Assembly (NCBI GenBank): GCA_951406725.2
Contig: OX597816.1
Coordinates: 174,530,001-174,594,000 of the forward strand
Source of the DNA: Octopus vulgaris
Taxonomy: Eukaryota
Direction of reading: 5' to 3'
DNA: 64,000 nt
In this document: in pieces, positions 33,901-45,729 of the stretch
Layout of the letters: each line of letters starts with the position of its first letter
Position numbering within the stretch: the first letter of the stretch is position 1
The notes under the pieces: generated by a model
What the model saw: the letters and a program-made list of their open reading frames with translations, nothing else
What the model was told of the DNA's origin: nothing
Database searches by the model: none
Made by a program: the position numbers and the translations under genes

Positions 33901-36487
33901 ATATGAATCACGACTATAAGATACCCGGTTTTGGTTAAACTGCACCGCAAAATGTGGGAGTAGTTAGGAATCTAAATCGTAGGAGACAGACAGAACACAA
34001 CCTCACTTTTATATATAAAGATAATACAAAATGTAGGGCAAATTTATTTGGAAGTGGGTTTGAATGTAGTTGGTTTATATTGATTTGTGATCCAATCTTG
34101 TTTTTATTTTTCTGTAACTTAAACTGTTTTCTCTATTCTTAGATACCACACTATGGCGATGTTTGTTCTCGCCTTGGCATGGCCAGCCAGCAGCAGATCA
34201 GTGATCCAAATCATCGGCGTAAATGTAAGAACACTAAGGATTTAATAATGTCACCATCTCGGAAAAAAGCTATCAAAAGGTACAGTAAAATTATATTGAA
34301 GTTTTGGAAGCTAAGAGAATTCACAGCAAAGCTTTGTTCTGTTTTTAATGGAATTTGTTATATAAAGAAAATATGCTTAAAAATTTCATGTTTTTCCATT
34401 ACTATTATTTTTCCAGTTATTTCTTGATACTCAATGGAATTGTACTAAACTGATTTTATAATTCTCCACCTATTGTTTGGAAACATTTTCTGGTTTTTAT
34501 GATAGTTGTAAAGCGTAGACTGTTGAGATATCCCAGACATATAGGCTGGGCTACTAATTAAATAGTTATTAATAGAATGTTGAGTTTGTTAAATGCTGCT
34601 TCATGTCAGAAAGTCTGTTTTCCTATTTTTATAAGACACCTGAGAAAAAGTATTCAATATATAAAGTGTTAATTGTTTGAAGCTGATTTACTCTGTCACT
34701 ACTCTGAGTTTCTCACGTGCATGTGTTTGCAAAGCAAATGCATCCCGGTGAGAAACTCATAGGGTTGTGAATCATCAACTTGAAATGAATTTAAATTATT
34801 TTATTCCCACTAAAAATCAACGGTGTATACTGAAAGCTTGTGTGCTAAATGATGCAGTAATTCTTCTATAGAATACCATTTTCATAAATATTGCTGCAAT
34901 TGTGAAATGCATAGTGTAATGTTTAATGGTAAAGTAAGCTACTATGCAATCTGTCAGCCTGCAAGAAATTAGACAGTGTAGTCACTGGTATATATGGAAG
35001 CACTCCATTGGTTACGACGATGAGGGTTCCGGTTGATCCGAATCAACGGAACAGCCTGCTCGTGAAATTAACGTGTAAGTGGCTGAGCACTCCACAGACA
35101 CGTGCACCCTTAACGTAGTTCTCGGGGATATTCAGTGTGACACAGAGAGTGACAAGGCCGGACCCTTGAAATACAGGTACAACAGAAACAGGAAGTAAGA
35201 GTGAGAGAAAGTTGTGGTGAAAGAGTACAGCAGGGCTCACCACCATCCCCTGCTAGAGCCTCGTGGAGCTTTAGGTGTTTTCGCTCAATAAACACTCACA
35301 ACGCACGGTCTGGGAATCGAAACCGCGAGTCTGCTGCCCTAACCACTGGGCCATTGCGCCTCCACTGGTATATATACAAAACTCAGTGTAGTCAAGAAGC
35401 AGATGAACACCTTCGAACATAGGTTGCTTAATGAGGGCTAATCTGGGGTTAAACCACCAACTGAAAATGTTAAGTAGATAAAGGCATTATTTTGCAAAAT
35501 AGATATCATCTGGTTAAATTATGTCTGCTATAGAAATGTGGTATATTTATATAGAAATTTGTGTTGAACTGTGTTTTGCATTGACTAATTTATTTACCTG
35601 TATTGTTTGAATATGTATTTCAGATCAATCAGTGAGAAAGATTTCTTTGGTGTTCCAACAACATCCAATGGTAACAACTCAACTCAAATCCAGCTATCTC
35701 CATCTTTGCTCAATGAATCAGTATTATCCGGTTATGAGGGGGACGAGGAAGATTCTGTGATAGACAATGATCGTGAGTATAGTTATTAGTTCATTTTTTG
35801 CTTCAGTTTACTTAACCAGAAAAATCAATCTATTCTTGCATTGCGGATGAGTGCTTAGTAGTAGGAAGACTATTCAGCCATGAAAATAATTTTGTCAACA
35901 AAACTCCTCCCGCCCAAGATTTATGAAAAATAGATGCAAAATTTGTGTGTGTGTAAATTATTGATTCTTTGATTGCCCTCTTGGTATATCTTTTTAATCA
36001 TAATTTCTTTAATTTTTATTTATTTTCAGTGGAACATAAACCTATGGATGTCCCATCCACTTGTTCCTGTGATCCTGCAGACTGTGGTGTTGGTGGTATG
36101 ACAGCTGCTCCAGTCCGTTATCAGGGTCGATCTTATATTGTCTTTACAAGATCGGCAACTTCTAGTTCTACCACTGCTGCAAGTTCTCATGTGGATTCAC
36201 TACCAAATGGAAGCTCCGACAATAGCAATGCACGCCAGGGGTCACCTTGTAGTCAGCCAGATGGCTGTAATCTCTGCCATTTACTTGACATCCGATCTCA
36301 GGCAAGAACTGTTTATGATTCTGGGACCGAAGAGGACTCTGATGTTGAAGACGACAATGCCAAGTTCAATCCTGCTTTTATGCGGACAAGATCTCGTGTG
36401 CGACCACACTGTGTTGTTGGCAGTAGCTTCAAAAGAAAGTGTAAAACTCAAATTGGTAGTGCTTCAAAAACTTTTGTCATTCCATAG
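15943..36487 (+). CDS. CCNF: Cyclin F (F-box only protein 1), 15 coding exons, ~780 aa
   Basis: Phase-consistent GT-AG splice of 15943-15949, 19491-19666, 21284-21390, 22287-22354, 22590-22780, 23890-24048, 25184-25416, 26060-26224, 27112-27235, 27643-27823, 28886-28973, 29415-29514, 34143-34279, 35624-35772 and 36030-36487 (2343 nt). Cyclin F hallmarks: F-box LPEEIL, HLYNEG, PFCWLFIRPPWS..G.CCK, MRYILVDWLVEVA, TIREAAWLTDNTYKYEDVVKMMGEI, SGYEGD. Confidence 0.95.
16539..16825 (+). mobile_element. Two SINE family B fragments
   Basis: Family B head and core motifs occur twice. Confidence 0.7.
17680..17743 (-). mobile_element. Short 5'-truncated retroposon tail (longer copy at 20721-20888)
   Basis: 64 nt almost identical to 20721-20784; shares ggtgc.ccagcatggccgc with the SINE A tail. 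Confidence 0.7.
19491..19666 (+). CDS. CCNF: Cyclin F exon 2 (start of F-box)
   Basis: ttttgcag| ...RVTIWNLPEEILILLLKELHIKELLNMRA |gtaagt. Confidence 0.93.
19708..20084 (-). mobile_element. SINE family A
   Basis: Matches the other copies; starts ~40 nt after the exon 2 donor. Confidence 0.9.
20100..20500 (-). mobile_element. Degenerate RTE-like LINE, 3' fragment
   Basis: Minus-strand QLWYYGHVIKM motif; boundaries approximate. Confidence 0.5.
20925..21265 (-). mobile_element. Non-autonomous Helitron
   Basis: Reads A|CTAG...GA|T on the + strand; hairpin present; internal deletion. Confidence 0.9.
21284..21390 (+). CDS. CCNF: Cyclin F exon 3 (end of F-box)
   Basis: ttttcag| VHPYFRNLIDNSLSIWSVVNFQDSWPSANNIKHFE |gtgagt. 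Confidence 0.92.
22287..22354 (+). CDS. CCNF: Cyclin F exon 4
   Basis: tttcag| AASQCNVEALVKLALAHLYNEG |gtatgt. Confidence 0.92.
22590..22780 (+). CDS. CCNF: Cyclin F exon 5
   Basis: tttgcag| ...DPFCWLFIRPPWSLNGACCKECVFTYLRIYLRK |gttagt. Confidence 0.93.
23350..23739 (-). mobile_element. SINE family A
   Basis: Matches the other family A copies. Confidence 0.9.
23890..24048 (+). CDS. CCNF: Cyclin F exon 6
   Basis: tttcag| VVDPKIQ...LLEEAKEQGSAAASFMLWEKKYINN |gtaagt. Confidence 0.9.
24289..24493. mobile_element. piggyBac-type MITE
   Basis: TTAA|CCCTTTTG...CAAAAGGG|TTAA; homologous to 53161-53376. Confidence 0.85.
25184..25416 (+). CDS. CCNF: Cyclin F exon 7
   Basis: aatag| QNLEPSEELESIRELRDIASSGNLNAQL...ELTPNMR |gtaatt. 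Confidence 0.9.
26060..26224 (+). CDS. CCNF: Cyclin F exon 8 (cyclin box)
   Basis: ttccag| YILVDWLVEVAEMKELSSQTLHASIALMDRYL...LQLLGVVSMLVCS |gtgagt. Confidence 0.95.
26306..26627 (+). mobile_element. Decayed SINE family A
   Basis: gagtggatttggtagac..aaagaa..gatagaataagtactggg motifs. Confidence 0.7.
27112..27235 (+). CDS. CCNF: Cyclin F exon 9
   Basis: ctttag| YLGKDIITIREAAWLTDNTYKYEDVVKMMGEIVATLKGSIR |gtaagt. Confidence 0.95.
27643..27823 (+). CDS. CCNF: Cyclin F exon 10 (cyclin C-terminal fold)
   Basis: tttcag| RPTSLDF...YICELCLLHSELGQYSAAEMAASAFILSR |gtaggt. Confidence 0.93.
28389..28775 (+). mobile_element. SINE family A
   Basis: Full-length copy on the + strand. Confidence 0.9.
28886..28973 (+). 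CDS. CCNF: Cyclin F exon 11
   Basis: tgcag| LLWPEKMVLFTGVCLRDLSACVIHIHRK |gtatgt. Confidence 0.92.
29415..29514 (+). CDS. CCNF: Cyclin F exon 12
   Basis: attcag| FFEGVVIDHRDVVLQAVKLRYSNENFDKVSDRT |gtaagt. Confidence 0.92.
29641..29839. mobile_element. Decayed piggyBac-type MITE
   Basis: ttaa-(g)ccttttgttac...aaggttaa ends; internal similarity to 24289-24493. Confidence 0.55.
29948..30306 (+). mobile_element. RTE-related retroposon 3' end with three 62-bp tandem units and a (GAT)n tail
   Basis: Units start at 29948, 30010 and 30072; tail shared with 2050-2200 and 43258-43510. Confidence 0.8.
30884..31123 (+). pseudogene. Intronic duplicate of cyclin F exon 12 plus its upstream intron, with in-frame TAG
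   Basis: 240-nt copy of 29265-29504 with 5 substitutions. The acceptor is intact (exon would start at 31034), GAG has become TAG at 31041-31043, and the native donor is absent. Confidence 0.9.
31272..33433 (+). mobile_element. Degenerate piggyBac transposon
   Basis: TTAA|CCC...GGG|TTAA ends; broken transposase with LSVDEGMVRYKGRVCFRQYMPGKPTKW.IKVW and YNRYMGNVDR (piggyBac DDD core). Confidence 0.9.
32651..32810. mobile_element. Tc1/pogo-type MITE nested in the piggyBac
   Basis: TA|CCGTATTTTAATGTGTATAAGGAACC...GGTTCTTTATACACGTTAAGATACGG|TA. Confidence 0.8.
33636..34021 (-). mobile_element. Non-autonomous Helitron (one hairpin arm deleted)
   Basis: Reads A|CTAG...GA|T; same subfamily as 12916-13310. 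Confidence 0.88.
34143..34279 (+). CDS. CCNF: Cyclin F exon 13
   Basis: tcttag| IPHYGDVCSRLGM...IMSPSRKKAIK |gtacag; contains a basic NLS-like patch. Confidence 0.85.
34997..35362 (-). mobile_element. tRNA-derived SINE, third family
   Basis: Head ggaggcgcaatggcccagtggttagggc..ggtttcgattccc on the minus strand; flanking direct repeat cactggtatatat. Confidence 0.85.
35624..35772 (+). CDS. CCNF: Cyclin F exon 14
   Basis: tttcag| ...LLNESVLSGYEGDEEDSVIDND |gtgagt; conserved SGYEGD. Confidence 0.9.
36030..36487 (+). CDS. CCNF: Cyclin F last coding exon (PEST-like tail)
   Basis: ttttcag| phase-1 entry; S/T/D-rich open frame to TAG at 36485-36487. Confidence 0.85.
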
Positions 36488-39046
36488 CTGACTGTTTTCA
36501 GGAATGTTTCATTGTTTATGATGGTGATGATCATGATTATTGTATGCATGTGTGTATATATAGACAAATGTGTGTGTGTGAATATTTATCTGAAGCAGTT
36601 TTAGATAAATACACAGCTGGTGAATCTTGGCCTGATTAATAGGGGGACATTATTTTTTCTGTATTAAGTGGCAAAAAATAGCATTTGCTGAGTCTGTAAA
36701 ATTGTGACTTATTTTTGTGCTCAAGTATATTAGTGTTTGATGTTATCAACAATGATTTATGTTGGAAGACTACATTATTAAAAAAAAAAAAAAGATGTGT
36801 AGGTCTTTGGTAATGACATTTTTCACTACAGCAAAGATGATAGATAAAATATAAAAAATTTATTGGTGATGGAAGCAGTACTGATACCAAAAGGTCATTT
36901 TTACCTCTAACTTAATATGGGTGACTTATTAGAACACCAAATACTGTATTGTTAGCTTTGAGAGATTCTCTCATATAGAAGCTTGGTGCATAAGAGTACA
37001 CACACACACAGATCATAGCAAAGGAAATTTGTCTGTCATGGGTGCTGGAATTCCCGTATCACATTCTGATTTATTGGACCTTGTCAGTGGTAAGCACCGG
37101 TCACTGCATGCCAGTCAAGTCTTGCTGCCATTATATGTTTGCATCTTTTAATGTGTATGCTTTTATACACAAAGCACCTATACAAGAGGATTTCTTAAGG
37201 TTAGTGACACAGTATTCAGTGTTCTATCAAGACATCCTTGTAAAATTGGATAGAAAGATATTAATTTATCACTTATTTCCAAACTGATGAGCAGCCAAGT
37301 AAGAAGTGGGCTTTCAACAGATAGTTTACACCTATTTGATTCTTTGTGATCTCCATTTCACCTAAGTTGCATTGTTGATACATTGTAAATAATCAAACTC
37401 TACAGCTGTGTATTTAAAACTTGCTTGAAGGGAAGTTTTCAGTTTCTCTCTCTCTCTCTCTCATGTATATATATATATATTACGTATTTAGAGAGAGAGA
37501 GAGAATCATGTTCAAAGATATAACCACTCTCCTGCTCACACTTTCTTTCATCACATTATTGCTCAATATAAAGTGGTGGGTTGTAAATTTGAAAGTTGAA
37601 ATTTGTTCCATGAAATCTTTGTTTAAACTTTTTGTGGTTAGTGTCACAGAGCAAGAGATCAATAAACTGAGTCCATAAGCTGGTTTCTATTCTTTGCTGA
37701 GGTAAATTCACCTCAACTATACCTCTTGAGGAAGTTATGAATGCCAAATTCTTTCATTACTCATCTCATAAATTTCATTGTCTTGCAGTGAGAGGTCAAT
37801 TATAAACTTTCATTCTTTGAAACTTTGTCTGTCTTAGAATTGCAGTAATTTTTTACTCCAAAATTGGAAAATTTTGTTAAAGCAATCTATTAGAATGTTT
37901 CATAGTTTTAGGTTTAGTCTACTTATGTATGCAGTGGATGGATAAGCTTCATATTTCTTTATATTTTGGAATGTGTGTGGGCATGAGAGATTGAAGCTAT
38001 ATAGAAGTTTGTAAAAAAAAAATTATTTTATTTATTACCTTCAGACTACGTGCTAGCTGTGTGATGTTCTATCCATGCCGACTCTGGCAGAGTAATATTT
38101 AAACTAGTCTCTTCAGAACAATATAACATTCAAATTGACATTTCTCACTTGGTACCACATTCTACATTCTGTTGTTTTATTAGCATTCAAAAGTTGAGCT
38201 CATTCCTAACATTACATAATTTACCATTTGATATGAAATACATGGAAGTTTTATTTTTCAAGTACACCTTTTGGTTCCTGTTGTAATAAAGACTATCAAC
38301 TTCTGATTGAAATTCTTTAAGTGGTCTGAGGAAATTGAAAAAGGATTACAAAATGTATTATTTGTGGGTGTTTCATCTGTATTACAATTTAAACAACATT
38401 GCTACCTTCAAATTGTCATCATAACGGAAGTGTGATTTGGGGTGATTGTCGTATCTACTCATTACCTAAGCAATCATGTGTTTATATTTGTGTAAACAAG
38501 TTCAAATATTAAATTGTTGCCAATATCATACTTCCCGAGCATTTTAGTTATTAAATGTCATGTTACATGAATACTCCCAACTCTTTAGTTTTCACTACTT
38601 TTTCTTTTTTGCAGTTTTAACATTTTGTTTTTGATTAATTTATTTCCTCCTCCTTTAAACTTTGTTGTTTCAAAATTATTGTCATTAGTACATACTATGC
38701 AACATTTAGTTTTTTTTTGGTTTTTTCCCCTTAAACTATCATCAAAGAAATATTAAGTGTAATGGGACTAAGGGCATTCCATTGAACCTTACATATATAA
38801 ATTAATATATGTGCAAGATGTTCCCCATATTGCGGTTCCTTCATCATTTATTCTTCCTCTAATTCAATGCAAAAGAAATTATCTTTTTTTTACTGAAAGA
38901 AAGAAATCCAAGTATATTTCTGTCTTGTTATAGATTTATAGAATCTGACAGCCTTATTTTTGATTTTAATTTATTTTTTTATTCAAGATCTCTTAACATT
39001 TGTAATATTTTAATTTTGAAGAAGAAAAAAAAACAATAGAATTTTG

Positions 39047-39110
39047 AATAAATAATTTGCAACAAATAATTTTTATTTTAATAAAATTTAATTTAAATTT
39101 ATTTAATAAA
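39047..39110 (+). terminator. Probable cyclin F polyadenylation signals
   Basis: AATAAA at 39047, 39080 and 39105, after ~2.6 kb with no recognisable TE, followed by a GT/T-rich tract. An alternative AATAAA is at 38285. Confidence 0.45.
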
Positions 39111-39266
39111 ATGTTATTAAACACAGTTTTAAGTTTTGGAGTATGTTTAACTCAGTTATTTGCTGTTTAGTTGTTTCATTCTTTCTGGTGGGGAGTTTGT
39201 ATAGCTGTGATGAGTCTATACCTAATCGTTGGTTCGGGGAAGGAGAGTTTGATCTGTTTTAAAACT

Positions 39267-39496
39267 GGTGGCGAGCTGGCAGAAACGTTAGCAGCCGGGC
39301 GAAATGCGTAGCCGTATTTCGTCTGCCGTTACGTTCTGAGTTCAAATTCCGCTGAGGTCGACTTTGCCTTTCATCCTTTCGGGGTCGATAAATTAAGTAC
39401 CAGTTACGCACTGGGGTCGATGCAATCGACTTGATCTCTTTGTCTGTCCTTGTTTGTCCCCTCTTTGTTTAGCCCCTTGTGGGTAGTAAAGAAATA
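39267..39496 (+). mobile_element. SINE family B
   Basis: Flanked by the direct repeat gatctgttttaaaactgg (39251 and 39497). Confidence 0.9.
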
Positions 39497-40414
39497 GATC
39501 TGTTTTAAAACTGGGGAAACTGGAGCAAGGCACTGAGCCCAAAGATCTTTGAGATTTGTGAAACAGTTTTAAAAGCCAAAGTAAAGTACAGCAATATATT
39601 TTTAATGTGCCCCAGCATGGCCACAGTCTATAGGCTGAAAGAAGTATTGAGATTCTAAAAAAAAGAAACAGAAGTTGAATCTTCAAGTCATTGTTTTGTG
39701 TGCGTTTATGCAGTCTTGGTTATGGCTGATTTGAGAGGCTCAACTATGTATGCATTATCTGAGTTGTAATACAGTAAAACCATCTTTGCAAGTTTCACAT
39801 GTCTCAACTTTGACTGTTGCGACCCTTCGTTTTGTGAAAGGATGGATAACCAGGACTATATTTCACTTGTAGACCCCTTCACAGATACACTAAACAGTGT
39901 GCATATATTATATTGACCTATGGATGTTTAAACTGAAAAAACATAATGCTTCTCTAACATTCAACATAGGTTGAGCCTCTGCATGATTACCTGAAGTGTT
40001 AGAAATAGCAACCAAATCTTACAAATTCTATTACATTACTCAAATGCATTTGATTAAAGGTGACCTGGTTTCAACAACATTAGGAGCAGTAACAAATTCT
40101 TTTAATACCTTCCTGTAATGGTCAGCCATTAATAGGAAAAGTTTGTCCAAATCAGCTAGGCCAGCAAGACGTCTGATCTTTAACTTTGGCAGCTCAGGTG
40201 TTCCATAAATAGAACTTCTTTTTTTTTTCCTAGGGAGCCCAAAAGAATATTGTGAATGGTATGGTGTGAAGGAAGATTTACAACCAATTTATTTGGAGTT
40301 TTCTCTCTCAGTCTGCAATCCAACCTGCCATCTAGGCACAAATTCTCATTTTAGGAGAGGGACATATAGAATGTTAATGTATTCATTCCTTTTCCAAAAG
40401 TGTTAGGGATTTAA

Positions 40415-41623
40415 CCCTTTCGTTACTATATTTCTGACCAAAATACACCCCTCATGAGTTTCAATTAAATTCTAAAATAATCATGAATTTAGGCTTGTTT
40501 TATTAAATAACTAACTTTTTTACTTATCGACATATTAATGTGATATTTGGAACATAACTAAAGAAAGGGTTCTTAATCAATTCTATTGCATAACTTTTGT
40601 CTCAAAGTGACTTTAATTACAGGTAAATTGAGCAAAAGATAAAAATATTAAAATTTTGTTTAAACATCACCATAGAAAATGAATCATCAGCTAATATTCA
40701 AATGGGTATGCAACAAAATTTTGATAAAGAAGAATTGTGCACATCACTAGATCATCAGTTGAATTTAATTCACAACAGGTGTACCATGAAGGTGGAATAA
40801 ACTGAAATACTAGAATCCACCGCAAGTTTGACCGAACTAAAGAAATCGGTCAAAGAATATACGGCCCTGGTTATGGTATGGAAGTGATAAATTCCAGACC
40901 ACTTTGTTCCCTAGGCCATGCTGACTAACATTATTTTCCCTGTATAAAAACTAAATCCACGTAGTACCCAGTATTTGATTCACAAATTTTCCAAACTTTG
41001 ATCCCCCATTTTGAGTTTGTTTACAATCTGTGAAACAGTTTGCTTCCACAGTGATCACTCCAAACAAGCATACTGAAAAAAATAAAAGTCTAATGGTTTC
41101 GATTCCTAAGAAAGACTATAGATAGACTCTATCTCCTCAGAAAAATTGCTAATAAAAACATTTTAAAAGTTTTTTCATTCCGATGTAAAATTGTCTTTGC
41201 TGTCGCCAATGCTGCTTTGTTTCTTTGGAATCCCTACTTTCATTTCCGGATAAAAAAATATCCTATTCATTATTGTACACCACGTGCTTTTGAACCTCAT
41301 TCATTCTTTTTCTCGATATCTCCCTATTTTCCGTTGAAAAAGCTTTAAATTCGGAATGCTTGATAACATGAAACTCCTATCCATTTTCAAAGTTGAAGAA
41401 AAATCGATGCCGAAAAAAATCTCCCAAAATTCACTGAGTTGAGATATCACGTCAAGCAATGTCAGATACTATAAGCCAACTATTTACAAAGTGAAATCAC
41501 ATGTTTTAACGAATGTACCAACGAGATTTGGGTTCAAATTTACATTTAAATAACAATAGGTTCTCTCGGCTTGGTTGGTATTATGAACCAAAAAATTTTT
41601 CAGCCAGGTTAATAATGGAAGGG
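40415..41623 (-). mobile_element. Internally deleted piggyBac element
   Basis: TTAA|CCCTT...AAGGG|TTAA; reverse-complement similarity to both ends of 31272-33433; remnant KWGIKVWKICESNTGY. Confidence 0.88.
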
Positions 41624-43257
41624 TTAAGCAAATTGCAATGGTGAAACCTAGAGATAGAAATCAGACCTAAAATAGGTAAACTTAATTCACAAAAAAAAAA
41701 TTGCATCCTCAGGCAAATTACCATTAACGTATCCATATGGTTAACAAGATTCTACTCTTAGAATGAGGATCAGGGGGAAATATTAGATTAACATGTTTGA
41801 TAAACTGGAAACAGTTTGATAGAACGATTTGCTGTTAAAGGTAATTTCTATATAGTTGATTCACCTAGAAATGAAAGCCAGATATCCTGCTGTATTGGAA
41901 AATATATTTTTGACTGAGATGTTCACAACTAGATTGTCCTAAACTGGCAATATAGCTTTTTGTCCATTATTGTATAGAAAAAAATTCAACCTCCACTAAG
42001 AGTTAGTGGGTCATTTATTTGCAATTAACAGTTTTAGACATATATAATTCTATCTTTCACAATGTATTACCAAACCTGGGTGTCTATGTTTATCTCGAGA
42101 TTAAATATGGAAATGTTTTACAAGTTCAAAACCATGTCGATGTCTCTTTTTTTGTTTCTGGATGTGATACTTTATATATTTTGCTTCTTTAGCTATATTG
42201 GTACCTTGTTACCATTTTTATCTGAGAAAGTAATCTGTTAGAATACCATGTTATTCAAGGGAATTTTGTCTCATCTATTTATCTTATCTCATAAGTCTTG
42301 GAGAAAACTCCCAAGGAACTCGGCAGTGGTAGCAAACCAAAGACTAGTTAGAAACTTTTCAAATATACAACCATTCTCGTAGTAATGCCTCAAAACCTGG
42401 GACTGAATACACCAAGAAATAACTAAATATTCCTTTGTATTCCTGCATTTACTACCGGTACTTCCCAAAGATATTTTTTATGAATGTAGAATGTTTCTAT
42501 TATTTAACCCCAGCAGAATTATGATTAAACGAAATGCATCCAGCTCAGTGTATTTTAAAAAAATCTTTTTTAATGGTCTAGTCAAAAAGAGCAAAAGGCA
42601 GTGCTCATGACTTTTCTCAGAGCTTCTGAGATAGATGGGATGGAAATTAATGGGACCTGACCCAATGCTGGCACTGACTGAACTCTGCCAAGACATCCAT
42701 GGACCAGGCAACAAATTAAGTTTGCCAATGTGTCCCATTTTAAAACGGGATAAGATTTAGCTCCTATCTCTAACAGATGGATCTACCATATGCTCCCTTG
42801 TTGGGTTGTGTGTTTCTTTGTGCATGGCTTTGATAGTTACCACAAATTTGTTGCTCTACTTTGGCTGTATCTACCTCCTTGTTTCATACTGATATTGTTG
42901 AATGGACAAGAAAGCATACGCCTCACCTGTAAAAGTGTCCAGATTCTTCTGAATATATATTATTCTCCATTGTGACCATTTACTCATACATGTATTGCTT
43001 ATTACTAATCCCATACGCTAATCTTCTGAATTGGAAATCTTCCCCTTCACACTGACATCCAAAACTGTTTAAGTGAGACACTGTAGTATTTTTAAGTGAC
43101 AAGAAGATTTTAAAGTCTGCAACACCACCTTTCTCCAGCTAAGATTTGAATAGCATCAATTTACTTTTCATTAAATTCATAAGGTAAATCATGTCACATA
43201 CTAATGGAGAAAGTTTTTTTGAAGGTTCTTGTTTAGTTCTTCAAACTTTACTGTGAC

Positions 43258-43510
43258 ATCATCATCATCATCATCATTTAGCGTCCGCTTTCCATGCTAG
43301 CATGGGTTGGACGGTTCAACTGGGGTCTGTGAAGCCAGAAAGCTGCACCAGGCCCAGTCTGATCTGGCAGTGTTTCTACGGCTGGATGCTCTTCCTAACA
43401 CCAACCACTCCGTGAGTGTAGTGGGTGCTTTTTACGTGCCACCCGCACAGGTGCCAGACGGAGCTGGCAAACGGCCACGGACGGATGGTGCTTTTTACGT
43501 ACCACCAGAC
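43258..43510 (-). mobile_element. RTE-related retroposon 3' end with a (CAT)n tail
   Basis: Reverse complement of ~30070-30306. Confidence 0.8.
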
Positions 43511-44865
43511 ATCAGTAAGATAATGTTACTTTTACTTAAAAACATTCAGAGGATTCAATGCTATTCTTATTTGTGGTAAACAACCATTGAGTCTTCCTAA
43601 AACATGCCATCTAACCTCAGTATAAAGTATATGCTTTGCATATATGAAATTCTCTCTTGTTAAGTACATTTGAGAGTGTGAAATTCACAAGTTGAATTAA
43701 TCTAGATATAATTTCTTCAGCTATAAAAGATTCTTGGTGTATTATGCAGTCGTATGGTTTTAAATTTGAAACATTTTCTTCACACAATAATACAAGTGCA
43801 CCAATAGCTAATGCACCATCTACAGCTGTGAAGAAAACTTTGTTAGTAGATTATGCCTTACCATTATCTTTAAAGCATTGAATATACCTCTTCCTATTGT
43901 TGTGAAACATGAAGTAACTCTTCTTCAATACCTTGTGTTGAGTTCCATTGGTGTTTATAATTGGTCGTTCCAAGCTGAGACTCTTGTAAATGGTGTTATT
44001 TGATCGAGGATTTTTTGGAAGTGACTTAAAATTTGGGAATGTATTTTTAAGGTCAAATCAAAAACAGGAAGAGAGGGGAAAAAGAGGGAGAGAGACAATA
44101 AACAAATGGAGAAAGATAAGGAGTGCTAGCTAGTGATCAGGATAAACTGATAGAAGGAAGGGAGATGTGAGAGAGAGAGGAAGAGATGAGATGGTAAAGA
44201 GTAAAAGAGTGTGAGGTATGTTGTGATGGAGCTTAAGAGATGGGCATAGAAAGTATAGGGAGAAGGTAAGGGTAGTAAAGCTGAAATCTTCAGAAATGAA
44301 GCACAGATATAGAAAGTTTAGCTCATCCAAAGACTCACAAATTGTACTTCTGAAACCTATTCATACAATTGCATTTGAATACAGTTAAAATCTCAGTTTA
44401 TCATTAGACTGCATGGAGATTTCAGAAGACTTCCTTCTCTTCTGGAAAAAAACTGCTTTTAGTACAACATAGGTTCTGTTTGCATGCTACCTTTATGAAA
44501 TTATATTTGATGCAATTGTTACATTTTTTTTAATGAGAATTTTAGTGAAATGCACATGTTTTTGAAACTTTCATATCTTGCTTTTAAACCAACTGGGAAG
44601 TTCTCAGTTTTTATGGGGTGATGAAAATCAAATTTAGTTGACAGCAAGATGATGTAGAGTTGGGGTGGTGTGCAAGAGATGCATAGTGCTAAAGGGAAGT
44701 TAATTACACGAGAGTGGAAATGGTGGGAGACAGATAATAGGGGAGGTCTGCCATTGGCAAGATTAAGGGCATCCAGAGAATAAGGAGCAGTACTGAGAAC
44801 ATATAGAAGTGATTTCATAATTACAGCAGCTGAGTGGGTAATTCTATTGTCAGAGGGTGAAAAAC

Positions 44866-45238
44866 TGGAGTGGCTGTATGGTAAGTAGCTTGCTAAACAA
44901 CCACATGGTTCCGGGTTCAGTCCCACTGCGTGGCATCTTGGGCAAGTGTCTTCTGCTATAGCCCCGGGCCGACCAATGCCTTGTGAGTGGATTTGGTAGA
45001 CGGAAACTGAAAGAAGCCTGTCGTATATATGTATATATATATATGTTTGTGTGTCTGTGTTTGTCCCCCTAGCATTGCTTGACAACCGATGCTGGTGTGT
45101 TTACGTCCCCGTCACTTAGCGGTTCGGCAAAAGAGACCGATAGAATAAGTACTGGGCTTACAAAGAATAAGTCCCGGGGTTGATTAGCTTGACTAAAGGC
45201 ATGGCCGCAGTCAAATGACTGAAACAAGTAAAAGAGTA
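44866..45238 (+). mobile_element. SINE family A
   Basis: Matches the other family A copies. Confidence 0.9.
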
Positions 45239-45696
45239 TGTATATACACACACACACATTCTGACAAATGCACCCATCATCTAGACAGTTTAAGTTGCTT
45301 TGGTGGTATTTTTTCACCAAATAATTGAACTACCAAGAAGGTTTATGAGTAATACAGCAATCTATGTTTCCAATTAACCTAGGAACAGAAAATCAAATTG
45401 AAGGCTGGTCATTGTGGAGGTTGTTGCACTTTAATGATCATATAAGTTTGCAAGCAATGCAAAGTAGTGCTACTGAAGTGATTTCGGAGTAGATTATGGA
45501 TAATGACTACAAAATATAGTTGTTTTACATGAAAGTGAAATTTCTTGCCAGAAACAGCCACACAGATGGTGTAATGAAATTGAAGGAAGATGTTGAAACT
45601 TCCCTTCTGTGAGTTAATTTTTTTCAATACCATAGGGAGCTTTCTTTTGTTTTTGAGAGATAAGCTAACAAAAGCCCCTTTATTCTGTACACGCAC

Positions 45697-45729
<33 letters not shown>

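Noticed and set aside
35290-35362. tRNA gene (likewise the heads of SINE A and SINE B)
   Set aside because: A- and B-box-like motifs are present, but I cannot fold a full cloverleaf, and the sequence continues into a SINE body with a TSD.
42100-44050. Coding-like composition between the two genes (similar at 51900-52560 and 53600-54700)
   Set aside because: Stops interrupt the frames I read and I found no consistent splice sites. These are probably old LINE debris, but I could not assign a family, so they are not listed as features.
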